64,000 bases of DNA from contig DVKK01000044.1 of assembly GCA_018716085.1 (NCBI GenBank), forward strand, positions 5,106 through 69,105, given 5' to 3'. The notes beneath the pieces were generated by a model. It was given only the letters and a program-made list of their open reading frames with translations. It made no database searches and was not told the DNA's origin. The DNA comes from Candidatus Ornithoclostridium excrementipullorum. Lineage in GTDB: Bacteria > Bacillota > Clostridia > Christensenellales > UBA3700. The translations under genes and the position numbers were made by a program. Positions 29,227-37,275 of this stretch are shown piece by piece (the first letter of the stretch is position 1; every line of letters begins with the position of its first letter).

Positions 29227-30234
29227 TCACCTGCACTCTATCGCCACGGCGTGCGCGATCCCCGGAATGCTTTCACCCTGCAACGACGAATCCTTGGACA
29301 GCATCGCGCCCGTGGGCACGAGCAATATCCTGTTGAGCTGCCCCGCCGTCAGCAACTTGTGAAAATAGCTGCAATATACAAGACTGCTGCATCCCGCGCC
29401 CGAACCGCCCAGTCCGCATTTTTGTTTTTCGCCGTAGATCAGGCACCCGCAGTCGTTCACGTTGGATCCGTCGCAGACCTTGTCATGCGACAGCAGTTCC
29501 ACCAACAGTTCTCTGCCGAGCCGTCCGAGATCGCCGGTAACGATAAGATCGTAATAATCGGCGCTCCGTCCCGTTTCCCGCAAATGCGCCGCGATCGTGT
29601 CGTAAGCCGCCGGAGCCATCGCCGCCCCCATATTGTTGGCGTCGGTACAGCCGAGATCGATTATCTCTCCCAAAGTGTAGCAGGTTATCTCGGGACAGCG
29701 CCACCCCGGATAAGAGTCCGATACGAGTACTGCGCCCGCCCCCGTGACCGTTCTTTGCGAAGCGGGAGTAGGCTGTGTTCCGAGTTCGAGCGGATAGCGG
29801 TATTGCCTCTCCGCCGTCGCGAAATGCGAGCTAGTACAACAGATGACTTTGCTCATGCCCGCGCCGATCATCATGCTTGCAATCGCGAGCGATTGCCCGA
29901 ACGTGGCGCAAGCGCAATACAACCCCGAAAACGGTATTGCGAAACTTCTTGCCGAAAACGACGACGGAACTATCTGATTGAGAAGATCGCCGCCGAGAAG
30001 GCAATCGATGTCTTCGGCGTCGAGCCCCGCTCTTTCGATGAGCCGCATCGTTACGTCGTCGCGAAATTTCGTTTCCGCTTTTTCGTGCGAAGGACACCCC
30101 CATTCTCCGCAGTCCGTGGAAAAATCGATGTAATGACGCAGATTTCCGTTTGCCTCGTCGTTGCCTGCAATATCCGCCACGTACGGCAGAAAAACTCTCT
30201 TATCGGGCGCATACGTTCGTTTCCCAAGCTTCAC
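29227..30234 (-). CDS. spoVAD: Stage V sporulation protein AD
   Basis: GGDLLNQ, SSHFATAERQYRYP, MGAAMAPAA, TGDLG, GGSGAGC; GTG start overlapping spoVAC stop. Confidence 0.93.
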   Translation of the reverse strand: MKLGKRTYAPDKRVFLPYVADIAGNDEANGNLRHYIDFSTDCGEWGCPSHEKAETKFRDDVTMRLIERAGLDAEDIDCLLGGDLLNQIVPSSFSARSFAIPFSGLYCACATFGQSLAIASMMIGAGMSKVICCTSSHFATAERQYRYPLELGTQPTPASQRTVTGAGAVLVSDSYPGWRCPEITCYTLGEIIDLGCTDANNMGAAMAPAAYDTIAAHLRETGRSADYYDLIVTGDLGRLGRELLVELLSHDKVCDGSNVNDCGCLIYGEKQKCGLGGSGAGCSSLVYCSYFHKLLTAGQLNRILLVPTGAMLSKDSSLQGESIPGIAHAVAIECR

Positions 30235-30680
30235 AGTCCGACCGCTCCTATTACGAAATAGATGAACCCGACGGCGACGCTCGCGCATACGCCGGACACG
30301 ATTATCGGCCCCGCAATGCCGAACATCCGCGCCATAAGTCCGAAAACTATACCTTCGTTATGGAACTCCATCGCCGGAGAAACTATCGAATTGGCAAATC
30401 CCGTTATAGGTACGATAGATCCCGCCCCTGCGTAATAACCTATCTTATCGTATACGCCTATACCCGTGAGCAGCGAACCGATAAAGATCATCGTCATGCC
30501 TGTAAGCGCGGATATCGATTTTTCGTCCAAAGGAACGAACGCGGTATATACGTCCGAAAACGCCTGTCCTATCATACATATCAGCCCGCCTACGCAAAAC
30601 GCCGTAAACAAAGTACGCGCTTCCTGCGTTCTCGGCGTCGCCTCTTTTACTATCGCAGAATAGCTTTTTGCGTCGATCAT
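30231..30680 (-). CDS. spoVAC: Stage V sporulation protein AC
   Basis: AFCVGGLIC, GAGSIVPITGFANS, AGPII. Confidence 0.95.
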   Translation of the reverse strand: MIDAKSYSAIVKEATPRTQEARTLFTAFCVGGLICMIGQAFSDVYTAFVPLDEKSISALTGMTMIFIGSLLTGIGVYDKIGYYAGAGSIVPITGFANSIVSPAMEFHNEGIVFGLMARMFGIAGPIIVSGVCASVAVGFIYFVIGAVGL

Positions 30681-30772
30681 TCGCGCTCCTCCGCAGTCTT
30701 TCCGACCGACGGATAGACGGTTTCCCTGTCTTCTCGATTGCGTTTGAAAGCGATATCTTCCGTCTTTCCCAT
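30677..30772 (-). CDS. Putative 31-aa leaderless peptide upstream of spoVAC
   Basis: ATG 5 nt after forespore-type -10; stop overlaps spoVAC start (ATGA). Confidence 0.35.
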   Translation of the reverse strand: MGKTEDIAFKRNREDRETVYPSVGKTAEERE

Positions 30773-30777
30773 ATCGG

Positions 30778-30806
30778 TATTATGCGCCCGCGGCGCCGAA
30801 TTAACC
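30778..30806 (-). promoter_or_regulatory. Forespore (SigG/SigF-type) promoter of spoVA operon
   Basis: GGTTA-17 nt-CATAATA, downstream of sigF terminator-like hairpin (30861-30885). Confidence 0.55.
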
Positions 30807-30888
30807 GCTTCGGACGGTCTTATCGCGTATAAAAATGTTTTGCGCCGTATCAAACGGTATAAAAATGCCGCCCGATCGGCGGCAGGAT

Positions 30889-31605
30889 TCAATCGAAAGC
30901 TTTTTTCAACGTACTGATTATCTTGCTCTCTATTCGCGATATCTGCACCTGGGACACGCCCATTATCTTGGCGATCTCGCTCTGCGTTTTGTCTTTGTAA
31001 TATCTTAAGATCAATACCTTTTTCTCCCTTTCGGGCAGTCCGGCTATCACGTCTTTGAGCACGAGCTTGTCTATCATCGAATCGGACTCTTCCCCCGACG
31101 GCAGTTTGTCTATCACGCTCCTGTTCTCTTCGTCGTCGAATTTTTCGTACAAAGATACGGGATACTTGCTGCTGTCCATCGCGAACACTATCTCCTGCGG
31201 AGTAACTTCGAATTTATCGGCAAGGTATTCCGCGCTCGGAGCCTCTCCGTGCTCCGCCCGATAAGCTTCCACCTCTTTTTTGATCCTGGACGAAAGCGTT
31301 TTGAGCGCGCGGCTGACTTTGATCGCTCCGTCGTCGCGTATGAACCTCTTTATCTCGCCCGCTATCATGGGCACGGCGTAGGTAGAGAAACGCACGTTGT
31401 AAGACGTGTCGAAATTGTTTATCGCCTTTACCAGCCCCAGGCTGCCGAGTTGCAGCAGATCTTCGTATTCCGTCGCATTGCCCCTGTAACGGGCTGCGAT
31501 CGACTTTATCAGCGGCATATTGTGAACGATCAGCTGTTCCTTAGCATGATCGTCCCCCGCCTGCGCCGCGGCGATATATTCGAGAGTTTGCTCTCTGTCA
31601 AGCAT
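30889..31605 (-). CDS. sigF: RNA polymerase sigma-F
   Basis: FSTYAVPMIAGEIKRFIRDDG, VSQVQISR; follows spoIIAA-AB. Confidence 0.95.
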   Translation of the reverse strand: MLDREQTLEYIAAAQAGDDHAKEQLIVHNMPLIKSIAARYRGNATEYEDLLQLGSLGLVKAINNFDTSYNVRFSTYAVPMIAGEIKRFIRDDGAIKVSRALKTLSSRIKKEVEAYRAEHGEAPSAEYLADKFEVTPQEIVFAMDSSKYPVSLYEKFDDEENRSVIDKLPSGEESDSMIDKLVLKDVIAGLPEREKKVLILRYYKDKTQSEIAKIMGVSQVQISRIESKIISTLKKAFD

Positions 31606-32035
31606 TTTCTACCTCGCGCTCGATCTTTTTCGCCATAACCACGCGCGTGCCTTCTCCGGGAGCCGAAGTGACGTCCATCCTGTCCATGAACGTGCTCATC
31701 AGCGTGAACCCCATTCCGCTCCTTTCCTGTTCGGGCTTGGTCGTGAAGAACGGTTGGATCGCGGTCTTAACGTCTTTTATCCCGCATCCTCTGTCGACGA
31801 CGATTATTTCCAATTCGTCCCCGTCTAAACGCGCGGATATTTCCACTTTCTTTTCCGCGTCGCTCTCGTAACCGTGTATCACGCTGTTCGTAAACGCTTC
31901 GGAAACAGCCGTCTTGATATCCTCGATCTGATCGACCGTCGGATTGAGCGGCAGACAAAACGCCGCGACCGTACTGCGCACGAACGCGTCGTTTGCCGTG
32001 AGCGCAGATATCTCGATTTTAAGTTCGTTTTTCAT
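31598..32035 (-). CDS. spoIIAB: Anti-sigma F factor
   Basis: IKTAVSEAFTNSVIHGY, ERSGMGF. Confidence 0.96.
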   Translation of the reverse strand: MKNELKIEISALTANDAFVRSTVAAFCLPLNPTVDQIEDIKTAVSEAFTNSVIHGYESDAEKKVEISARLDGDELEIIVVDRGCGIKDVKTAIQPFFTTKPEQERSGMGFTLMSTFMDRMDVTSAPGEGTRVVMAKKIEREVENA

Positions 32036-32044
32036 TGTTACCTC

Positions 32045-32353
32045 TCAGCTCGTCTTTTTGATTATCGAATAAATGCCCGCGGTGTTGAGAATTTTATCCA
32101 CGAGCCTGTTGGGACCGCATATCTTCGCCTCGATCCCTTTTTGTTTGAGTTTTTTGTATCTCCCGAGCAACATACCTATGCCCGTGCTGTCCATAAAGTC
32201 CAATTTCGAAAAATCGAAAATGAACGTTCTCTGCCTGCACATATCGATAGCCATATCTATCGTCGGCCGTACCTGCGAAGCCGTATGCTCATCCAGTTCG
32301 CCTATCAGCCTGACTACGACCGCGTCGGCGTATTCGGCAAATTTTACTTCCAT
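32045..32353 (-). CDS. spoIIAA: Anti-anti-sigma F factor
   Basis: GELDEH, FMDSTGIGMLLGRYK; GGGAGG RBS. Confidence 0.95.
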   Translation of the reverse strand: MEVKFAEYADAVVVRLIGELDEHTASQVRPTIDMAIDMCRQRTFIFDFSKLDFMDSTGIGMLLGRYKKLKQKGIEAKICGPNRLVDKILNTAGIYSIIKKTS

Positions 32354-32410
32354 GTCTTCCTCCCGAAAGTTCTCCCTTGCGGGGCAGATAAAAGTATATA
32401 TCCGCACAAA

Positions 32411-32437
32411 TGTCGCAAAGCGGCGGCGTTTGACGAA
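32411..32437. promoter_or_regulatory. Possible Spo0A boxes upstream of spoIIAA
   Basis: TGTCGCA 32411-32417 and TGACGAA 32431-32437 versus TGNCGAA. Confidence 0.45.
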
Positions 32438-32474
32438 AAGCCTCGCAAAAAGACAAAAGCGCCGCGCCGCATCG

Positions 32475-32503
32475 TTGCATACGTCCGTCGCACATGCTAA
32501 AAT
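32475..32503 (+). promoter_or_regulatory. Sigma-A promoter of the GNAT gene (leaderless geometry)
   Basis: TTGCAT-17 nt-TAAAAT (TG extended)-6 nt-ATG 32510. Confidence 0.7.
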
Positions 32504-32509
32504 GTGAAT

Positions 32510-33001
32510 ATGGTAAATACGGTGATAACGCCTGTCGAACAAAGCGACGCAAGACTTCTCAAAGACTTCACCTATCACGCCGTTTTCGTCCCGAAAAACA
32601 GTCCCGCGCCCTCGCGCGATATCGTCGAAAATCCGCAGCTTCGGACTTTTTGGGAAAACTTCGGACAACGCGGCGATATAGGTTTCAAGGCTGCGATCGA
32701 AGAAAAAACCGTAGGTATCGCATGGACGCGCCTTGCCGCGGCATACGGAGCGGTAGGAAAAGATATTCCCGTTCTTGCGATCTCGGTTCTGCCCGAATAC
32801 AGAGGCAGAGGGATAGGCTCTGCTCTTCTGCGCGCGATTCTAGGGGCATTGCCCGAATACGGCTTCGACTCGGTATCGCTTTCCGTGCAAAAATACAATT
32901 TTATCGCAAATACTTACCGAAAGCTCGGCTTCATTGAGGTCGGCGAAAACGACAGAGAGCTTATCATGATAAAAAACGGTTTGTCTGCGGACAAAAGATA
33001 A
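32510..33001 (+). CDS. GNAT family N-acetyltransferase
   Basis: AISVLPEYRGRGIGSALL acetyl-CoA motif, SLSV..N...Y.KLGF. Confidence 0.9.
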   Translation: MVNTVITPVEQSDARLLKDFTYHAVFVPKNSPAPSRDIVENPQLRTFWENFGQRGDIGFKAAIEEKTVGIAWTRLAAAYGAVGKDIPVLAISVLPEYRGRGIGSALLRAILGALPEYGFDSVSLSVQKYNFIANTYRKLGFIEVGENDRELIMIKNGLSADKR

Positions 33002-33792
33002 AATACGCCCCGAAACATTCATCGTCGATTCATTATCCTACTCATGATAATAGCGCAATTTCACAAAAAAATATCTACCGTGAGGCGTTCTACAATTCTA
33101 TTCAAGTAAAAATATGACACGCATCATGTCTTCAAGAAAGAAGGTATTCCGACGTTCAGTCGCAGAACAAGCGCACGATCGTATATCCGGCACGTACGAC
33201 TTTCCTCGAATTTTCACTCGCAAAACTTTCTTGTAAGCGGTAAGTATTCCGAAAATCGATCTGTAGACGGCAAAATTTAAAATTGTCTAATTTTTCTACA
33301 TATGAGTATTACGCAAAAATTGTATTGTATAACTCAAATGCGGTTTATGTTTATTATTTATACAAATGTTAATTAATTAATAATTATTTGTTTAATCAAT
33401 GATTATAACAGGTTTATCGTAATTTTATCGACCTATAAAATTCATATTTGATAGCTTTGAACTGTTTCACAGAACACACTGAGAATATATCATCTCAAAC
33501 CGCATACTTTTTACAATTCAAGGCGTTTCGGCATAATTTTCGCGACCGAACAAATTGTGTTTCACAGTTTACTTAGTTTTAAGTTTTTATATGAATAACT
33601 TTTTTCTCAACTCTCTGCCCTCATGATCGGTTCTGTATAAACGCAATTTTTCAGCCGCTTTTTATTATATTCTATTCAATGCCGTAATGTTTTTGTCCGA
33701 TATTCGGTTTTCCAAAGGGCTCTTCGTCAAACGTAAACATACTATTTTTGCATAAACAAAATAAAACGGCGGATACTCTCCGCCGCTTCCGG

Positions 33793-34272
33793 TCATTGCT
33801 GTTTCTTGTCGTTGTCGTGTTTATGCTTAACGATCTCGTTTATTTCGCTGAGCCAGGAATTTATGTCCTTGAACTGCCTGTGTACCGCCGCAAAGCGCAC
33901 ATACGCCACGTCATCGATATCTTTCAGCCCCTCCATGACAAGATCTCCTATCTGCGTAGAGGTCACTTCCTGTTCGAGCTGATTCGCGAGAGATTTTTCT
34001 ATATCCGCCACAAGCTTGTCTATCTGCTGCATTGATACGGGGCGCTTGTCGCACGCTTTGAGAATGCCGTTTTTAAGCTTTTGCGGCGAAAATATCTGTC
34101 TGCATCCCGATTTTTTTATGACCATGATAGGCGACGTTTCGATCGTTTCGTACGTCGTAAAACGCTTGCCGCATCTCACGCACTCCCGTCTGCGCCTTAT
34201 CGAAGTCCCGTCTTCGTTTACCCTGCTGTCCACGACCTTACTGTCGGTACAGCCGCAAAATATGCACTTCAT
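33793..34272 (-). CDS. nrdR: Transcriptional repressor NrdR
   Basis: CxxC...RRRREC..C..RFTTYE, ATP cone, AYVRFA. Confidence 0.96.
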   Translation of the reverse strand: MKCIFCGCTDSKVVDSRVNEDGTSIRRRRECVRCGKRFTTYETIETSPIMVIKKSGCRQIFSPQKLKNGILKACDKRPVSMQQIDKLVADIEKSLANQLEQEVTSTQIGDLVMEGLKDIDDVAYVRFAAVHRQFKDINSWLSEINEIVKHKHDNDKKQQ

Positions 34273-34294
34273 GGCAACCTCCGTTTTTATTATT

Positions 34295-34343
34295 ATACTA
34301 CATATTGCGGTGATTTGCCATCGTTTGACACAAAATACGGAAA
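34295..34343. promoter_or_regulatory. Candidate tandem NrdR boxes over the nrdR promoter
   Basis: ataCTACATATTGcgg 34295-34310 inside TGGCAA-17-TATAAT promoter; weaker acaCAAAATACGGaaa 34328-34343. Confidence 0.5.
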
Positions 34344-34421
34344 AGACGCAACCCTTTGCTTATAAAAGCGCGCCGCCGTGTTGACACGACGGCGTATAAT
34401 GCCTGTGCTTGACGCTTACCG

Positions 34422-35189
34422 TCAGAATCGACTTCGCAGCCTCTCCAGAGCGGTTTTTTCCAAACGGCTGACCTGAGCCTGCGATATCGATATCTCGCGC
34501 GATATCTCCGTCTGCGTTTTGCCGAGATAATAACGCATATATACGACCTTGCGTTCCTTATCGGGCAGATCCTTTATCGCGTCTTTAAGCCATATCCGTT
34601 CGTTCCAGTTTTCGGCGGTATTTTTTGAGTCGCCTATCTGATCTTCGAGCGACATCGTATCTTCGCCGTCTCCGAAAACGCTGTCCTGCAAATAAACAGG
34701 TTCGCTTACCGCGTCAAGCGCGCATACGACTTCTTTGAGAGGGATATCTATCTCTTCCGCTATCTCCATCGCCGTCGGCACTTTGTTCAGCTCCCCCTCG
34801 AGCTGTTCTTTCGCTCTCAGCGCCTTATACGCCACGTCGCGCATACTGCGGCTGACCTTTATACCCGAGCCGTCTTTGAGAAATCTTCTTATCTCTCCTA
34901 TGATCATGGGCACTGCGTACGTCGAAAAAGCCACGTCAAAGCGCGTATCGAAGTTTTCGACCGCTTTCATCAATCCCACCATCCCTACCTGGAAAAGATC
35001 GTCGCTGTTGTTCTTGTTACGGAAACGCTGTACGACCGATAACACTAGCCTTACGTTGCCCATAGCGAGCTTTTCGCGCGCGTCTTTATCGCCGTTTTTG
35101 CTCTTGTTAAGGAGTTCTTTCGTCTCCTCCCGGCTCAGTTTGGGCAAAGCTCCCGTATTGACTCCGCATATGGTGACTTTGTGATTCAT
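34422..35189 (-). CDS. sigG: RNA polymerase sigma-G
   Basis: KVTICGVNTGALP N-terminus, DDLFQVG, FSTYAVPMIIGEIRR, ISQAQVSR; AGGAGG RBS. Confidence 0.95.
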   Translation of the reverse strand: MNHKVTICGVNTGALPKLSREETKELLNKSKNGDKDAREKLAMGNVRLVLSVVQRFRNKNNSDDLFQVGMVGLMKAVENFDTRFDVAFSTYAVPMIIGEIRRFLKDGSGIKVSRSMRDVAYKALRAKEQLEGELNKVPTAMEIAEEIDIPLKEVVCALDAVSEPVYLQDSVFGDGEDTMSLEDQIGDSKNTAENWNERIWLKDAIKDLPDKERKVVYMRYYLGKTQTEISREISISQAQVSRLEKTALERLRSRF

Positions 35190-35241
35190 GTTCACCTCCT
35201 ATGTAGCGGAGCTTACGGAACGGCGCACCTCAACGTAGATA

Positions 35242-35271
35242 TAGTTTGCCCCTTCTGTCGGGATACTATAC
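35242..35271 (-). promoter_or_regulatory. SigF-dependent promoter of sigG
   Basis: GTATA-15 nt-GGGCAAACTA, matching GYATA-N15-GGNNANANTA. Confidence 0.75.
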
Positions 35272-35814
35272 CGGAAAGGGACTTTAAGCCCGTGCAAGCG
35301 ATCCGAACGGCGCGCGTAAACCGATCCCATTCGGAAACATTTGGCAGATCAAGTCAAAGCGTTCTCTTCCTTCGGATCACTGCCTTTTTCACGTATAAGT
35401 AAAACGCAGGTAAACGTTGAAACAACCGATACTGTCGCATTTTGTCGATCACGCCGTTGATTCCGAAAGCCGCTCGGAAACAACTTTTGACCTCGCAATA
35501 TTCGGCACGATCCGATACAGTACGCCCGATCTTGCCGTGTTCACGATCATAGCGCGATCGGAGAACGGCAAAATCAAATCGACTTTCGCAAACTCAAGAC
35601 CATAGAACGACCGCGACCCCGAGCGATCTTATCTTGCGGAACAGACTTCGGACTGCCCCTAAATTTTATTTATTGCGACGATATTTTGAAATGCGTCAAT
35701 GACGTTCAATGCGGTTTGCGATTAATAAATATCACACGTTTGGCGTGTAGATATCTCATCGACCGAGCCTCTTTTGAAATACCGCGGCTACCGCGGGGTA
35801 TTCGTCGACACAAT

Positions 35815-35843
35815 AAAAAAGACGGCGTTTCCGCCGTCCTTTT
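35815..35843 (-). terminator. Terminator of the decarboxylase operon
   Basis: GACGGCG/CGCCGTC stem flanked by A and T runs. Confidence 0.7.
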
Positions 35844-35859
35844 ATCTGTACCGATATCG

Positions 35860-37257
35860 TTAAACCGGTTGGATACCGTTTGCCACGTCTCCTACGAGAG
35901 TGTCGACCTTGCGCTTGTTCGCCTGTCTGTACTTGAAGTAATTGAGCGCGACCTGCGGGAAAAGCGCATACGAGAGAACGTCTTCGTCCTGTTCGATGTA
36001 CTGTTTGATCTCCTCGCGGTATTTCGCAAGTTCGGGTTTGATAAGATCTGCGGGTCTGCAAGTGATCGGCTTTTCGTCGCCGAGGACCTTCTTGACGACT
36101 TCGGGGTTCGGAGCCGCGGGCAGTCTGCCGTATTCTCCTTTGAGCACGCCCTTGGTCTCAGCGGAAACCATCTTATATCTCTCGCCGCTGACGACGTTGA
36201 ACACCGCCTGCGTACCGACGATCTGGCTGGTCGGGGTGACGAGCGGCGGATAGCCGAGATCTTTACGCACATTGGGCACTTCGGCAAGCACTTCGTCGTA
36301 TTTGTCGAGAGCTCCGAGGGATTTCAACTGTCCTACAAGGTTGGAAAGCATACCGCCGGGGACCTGATAGATCAAAGCGTTGACGTCGGTCTTGAGCGAC
36401 TTTTCGGTCAACCAACCGTCTTTTTTAAGTCTGTCCGCAACGGTAATGAAGTGTTTGTTGATCTCGTTGAGCAGTTTGAGATCGAGTCCCGTATCGTATT
36501 CGGTGCCTTGCAAAACCGCAACCATGGGCTCGGTCGCAGGCTGAGAAGTACCGTTGCCCAAAGCGGACAGCGCGCAGTCGACGATGTCTACGCCCGCCTC
36601 GATCGCTTTGAGGTAGGTAAGATTACCTGTTCCCGAAGTCTGATGCGTGTGCAGATGAACGGGCACCTTGACGACTTTCTTTATGCCCTTGACGAGATCG
36701 TACGCCACATAAGGCAGCAGGATGCCCGCCATATCCTTTATACAGATGACGTCGGCGCCCATGTCTTCGAGTTCTTTGGCAAGTTTGATGAAATACTCGG
36801 TGGTATGGACGGGGCTGGTCGTATAGGAAATGGTCGCCTCGCAGATGCCGCCGTACTTCTTGCAGCTGTCCATCGCCGTCTTCATGTTGCGGGTATCGTT
36901 GAGCGCGTCGAAGATACGGATGATGTTGATACCGTTTTCGATCGACTTCTTTACGAACTCTTCCACAACGTCGTCCGCATAGTGCTTGTATCCGAGGATG
37001 TTCTGTCCTCTGAGAAGCATCTGCAGCTTGGTGTTGGGCATAGCCTTGCGCAGCTGTCTGAGTCTTTCCCACGGATCCTCGTTGAGGAAGCGCAGACAAG
37101 AATCGAAAGTCGCGCCGCCCCAGCACTCGATCGAATAATACCCGACTTTATCGAGTTTGTCCGCAACGGGGAGCATCTCGTCCAATCTCATACGGGTCGC
37201 CGCCTGGGACTGGTGCGCGTCTCTCAAAATGGTTTCTGTGATCTGAACTTTTGCCAT
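35860..37257 (-). CDS. oadA: Oxaloacetate decarboxylase alpha / pyruvate carboxyltransferase subunit (no biotinyl domain)
   Basis: RDAHQS, WGGATFD, IKDMAG, HLHTH, PLVTPTSQIVG. Confidence 0.92.
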   Translation of the reverse strand: MAKVQITETILRDAHQSQAATRMRLDEMLPVADKLDKVGYYSIECWGGATFDSCLRFLNEDPWERLRQLRKAMPNTKLQMLLRGQNILGYKHYADDVVEEFVKKSIENGINIIRIFDALNDTRNMKTAMDSCKKYGGICEATISYTTSPVHTTEYFIKLAKELEDMGADVICIKDMAGILLPYVAYDLVKGIKKVVKVPVHLHTHQTSGTGNLTYLKAIEAGVDIVDCALSALGNGTSQPATEPMVAVLQGTEYDTGLDLKLLNEINKHFITVADRLKKDGWLTEKSLKTDVNALIYQVPGGMLSNLVGQLKSLGALDKYDEVLAEVPNVRKDLGYPPLVTPTSQIVGTQAVFNVVSGERYKMVSAETKGVLKGEYGRLPAAPNPEVVKKVLGDEKPITCRPADLIKPELAKYREEIKQYIEQDEDVLSYALFPQVALNYFKYRQANKRKVDTLVGDVANGIQPV

Positions 37258-37275
37258 ATTCTGTTACCTCTTAAA

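Noticed and set aside
33463-33567. parS sites
   Set aside because: Only the half-site TGTTTCAC is present; second half does not match
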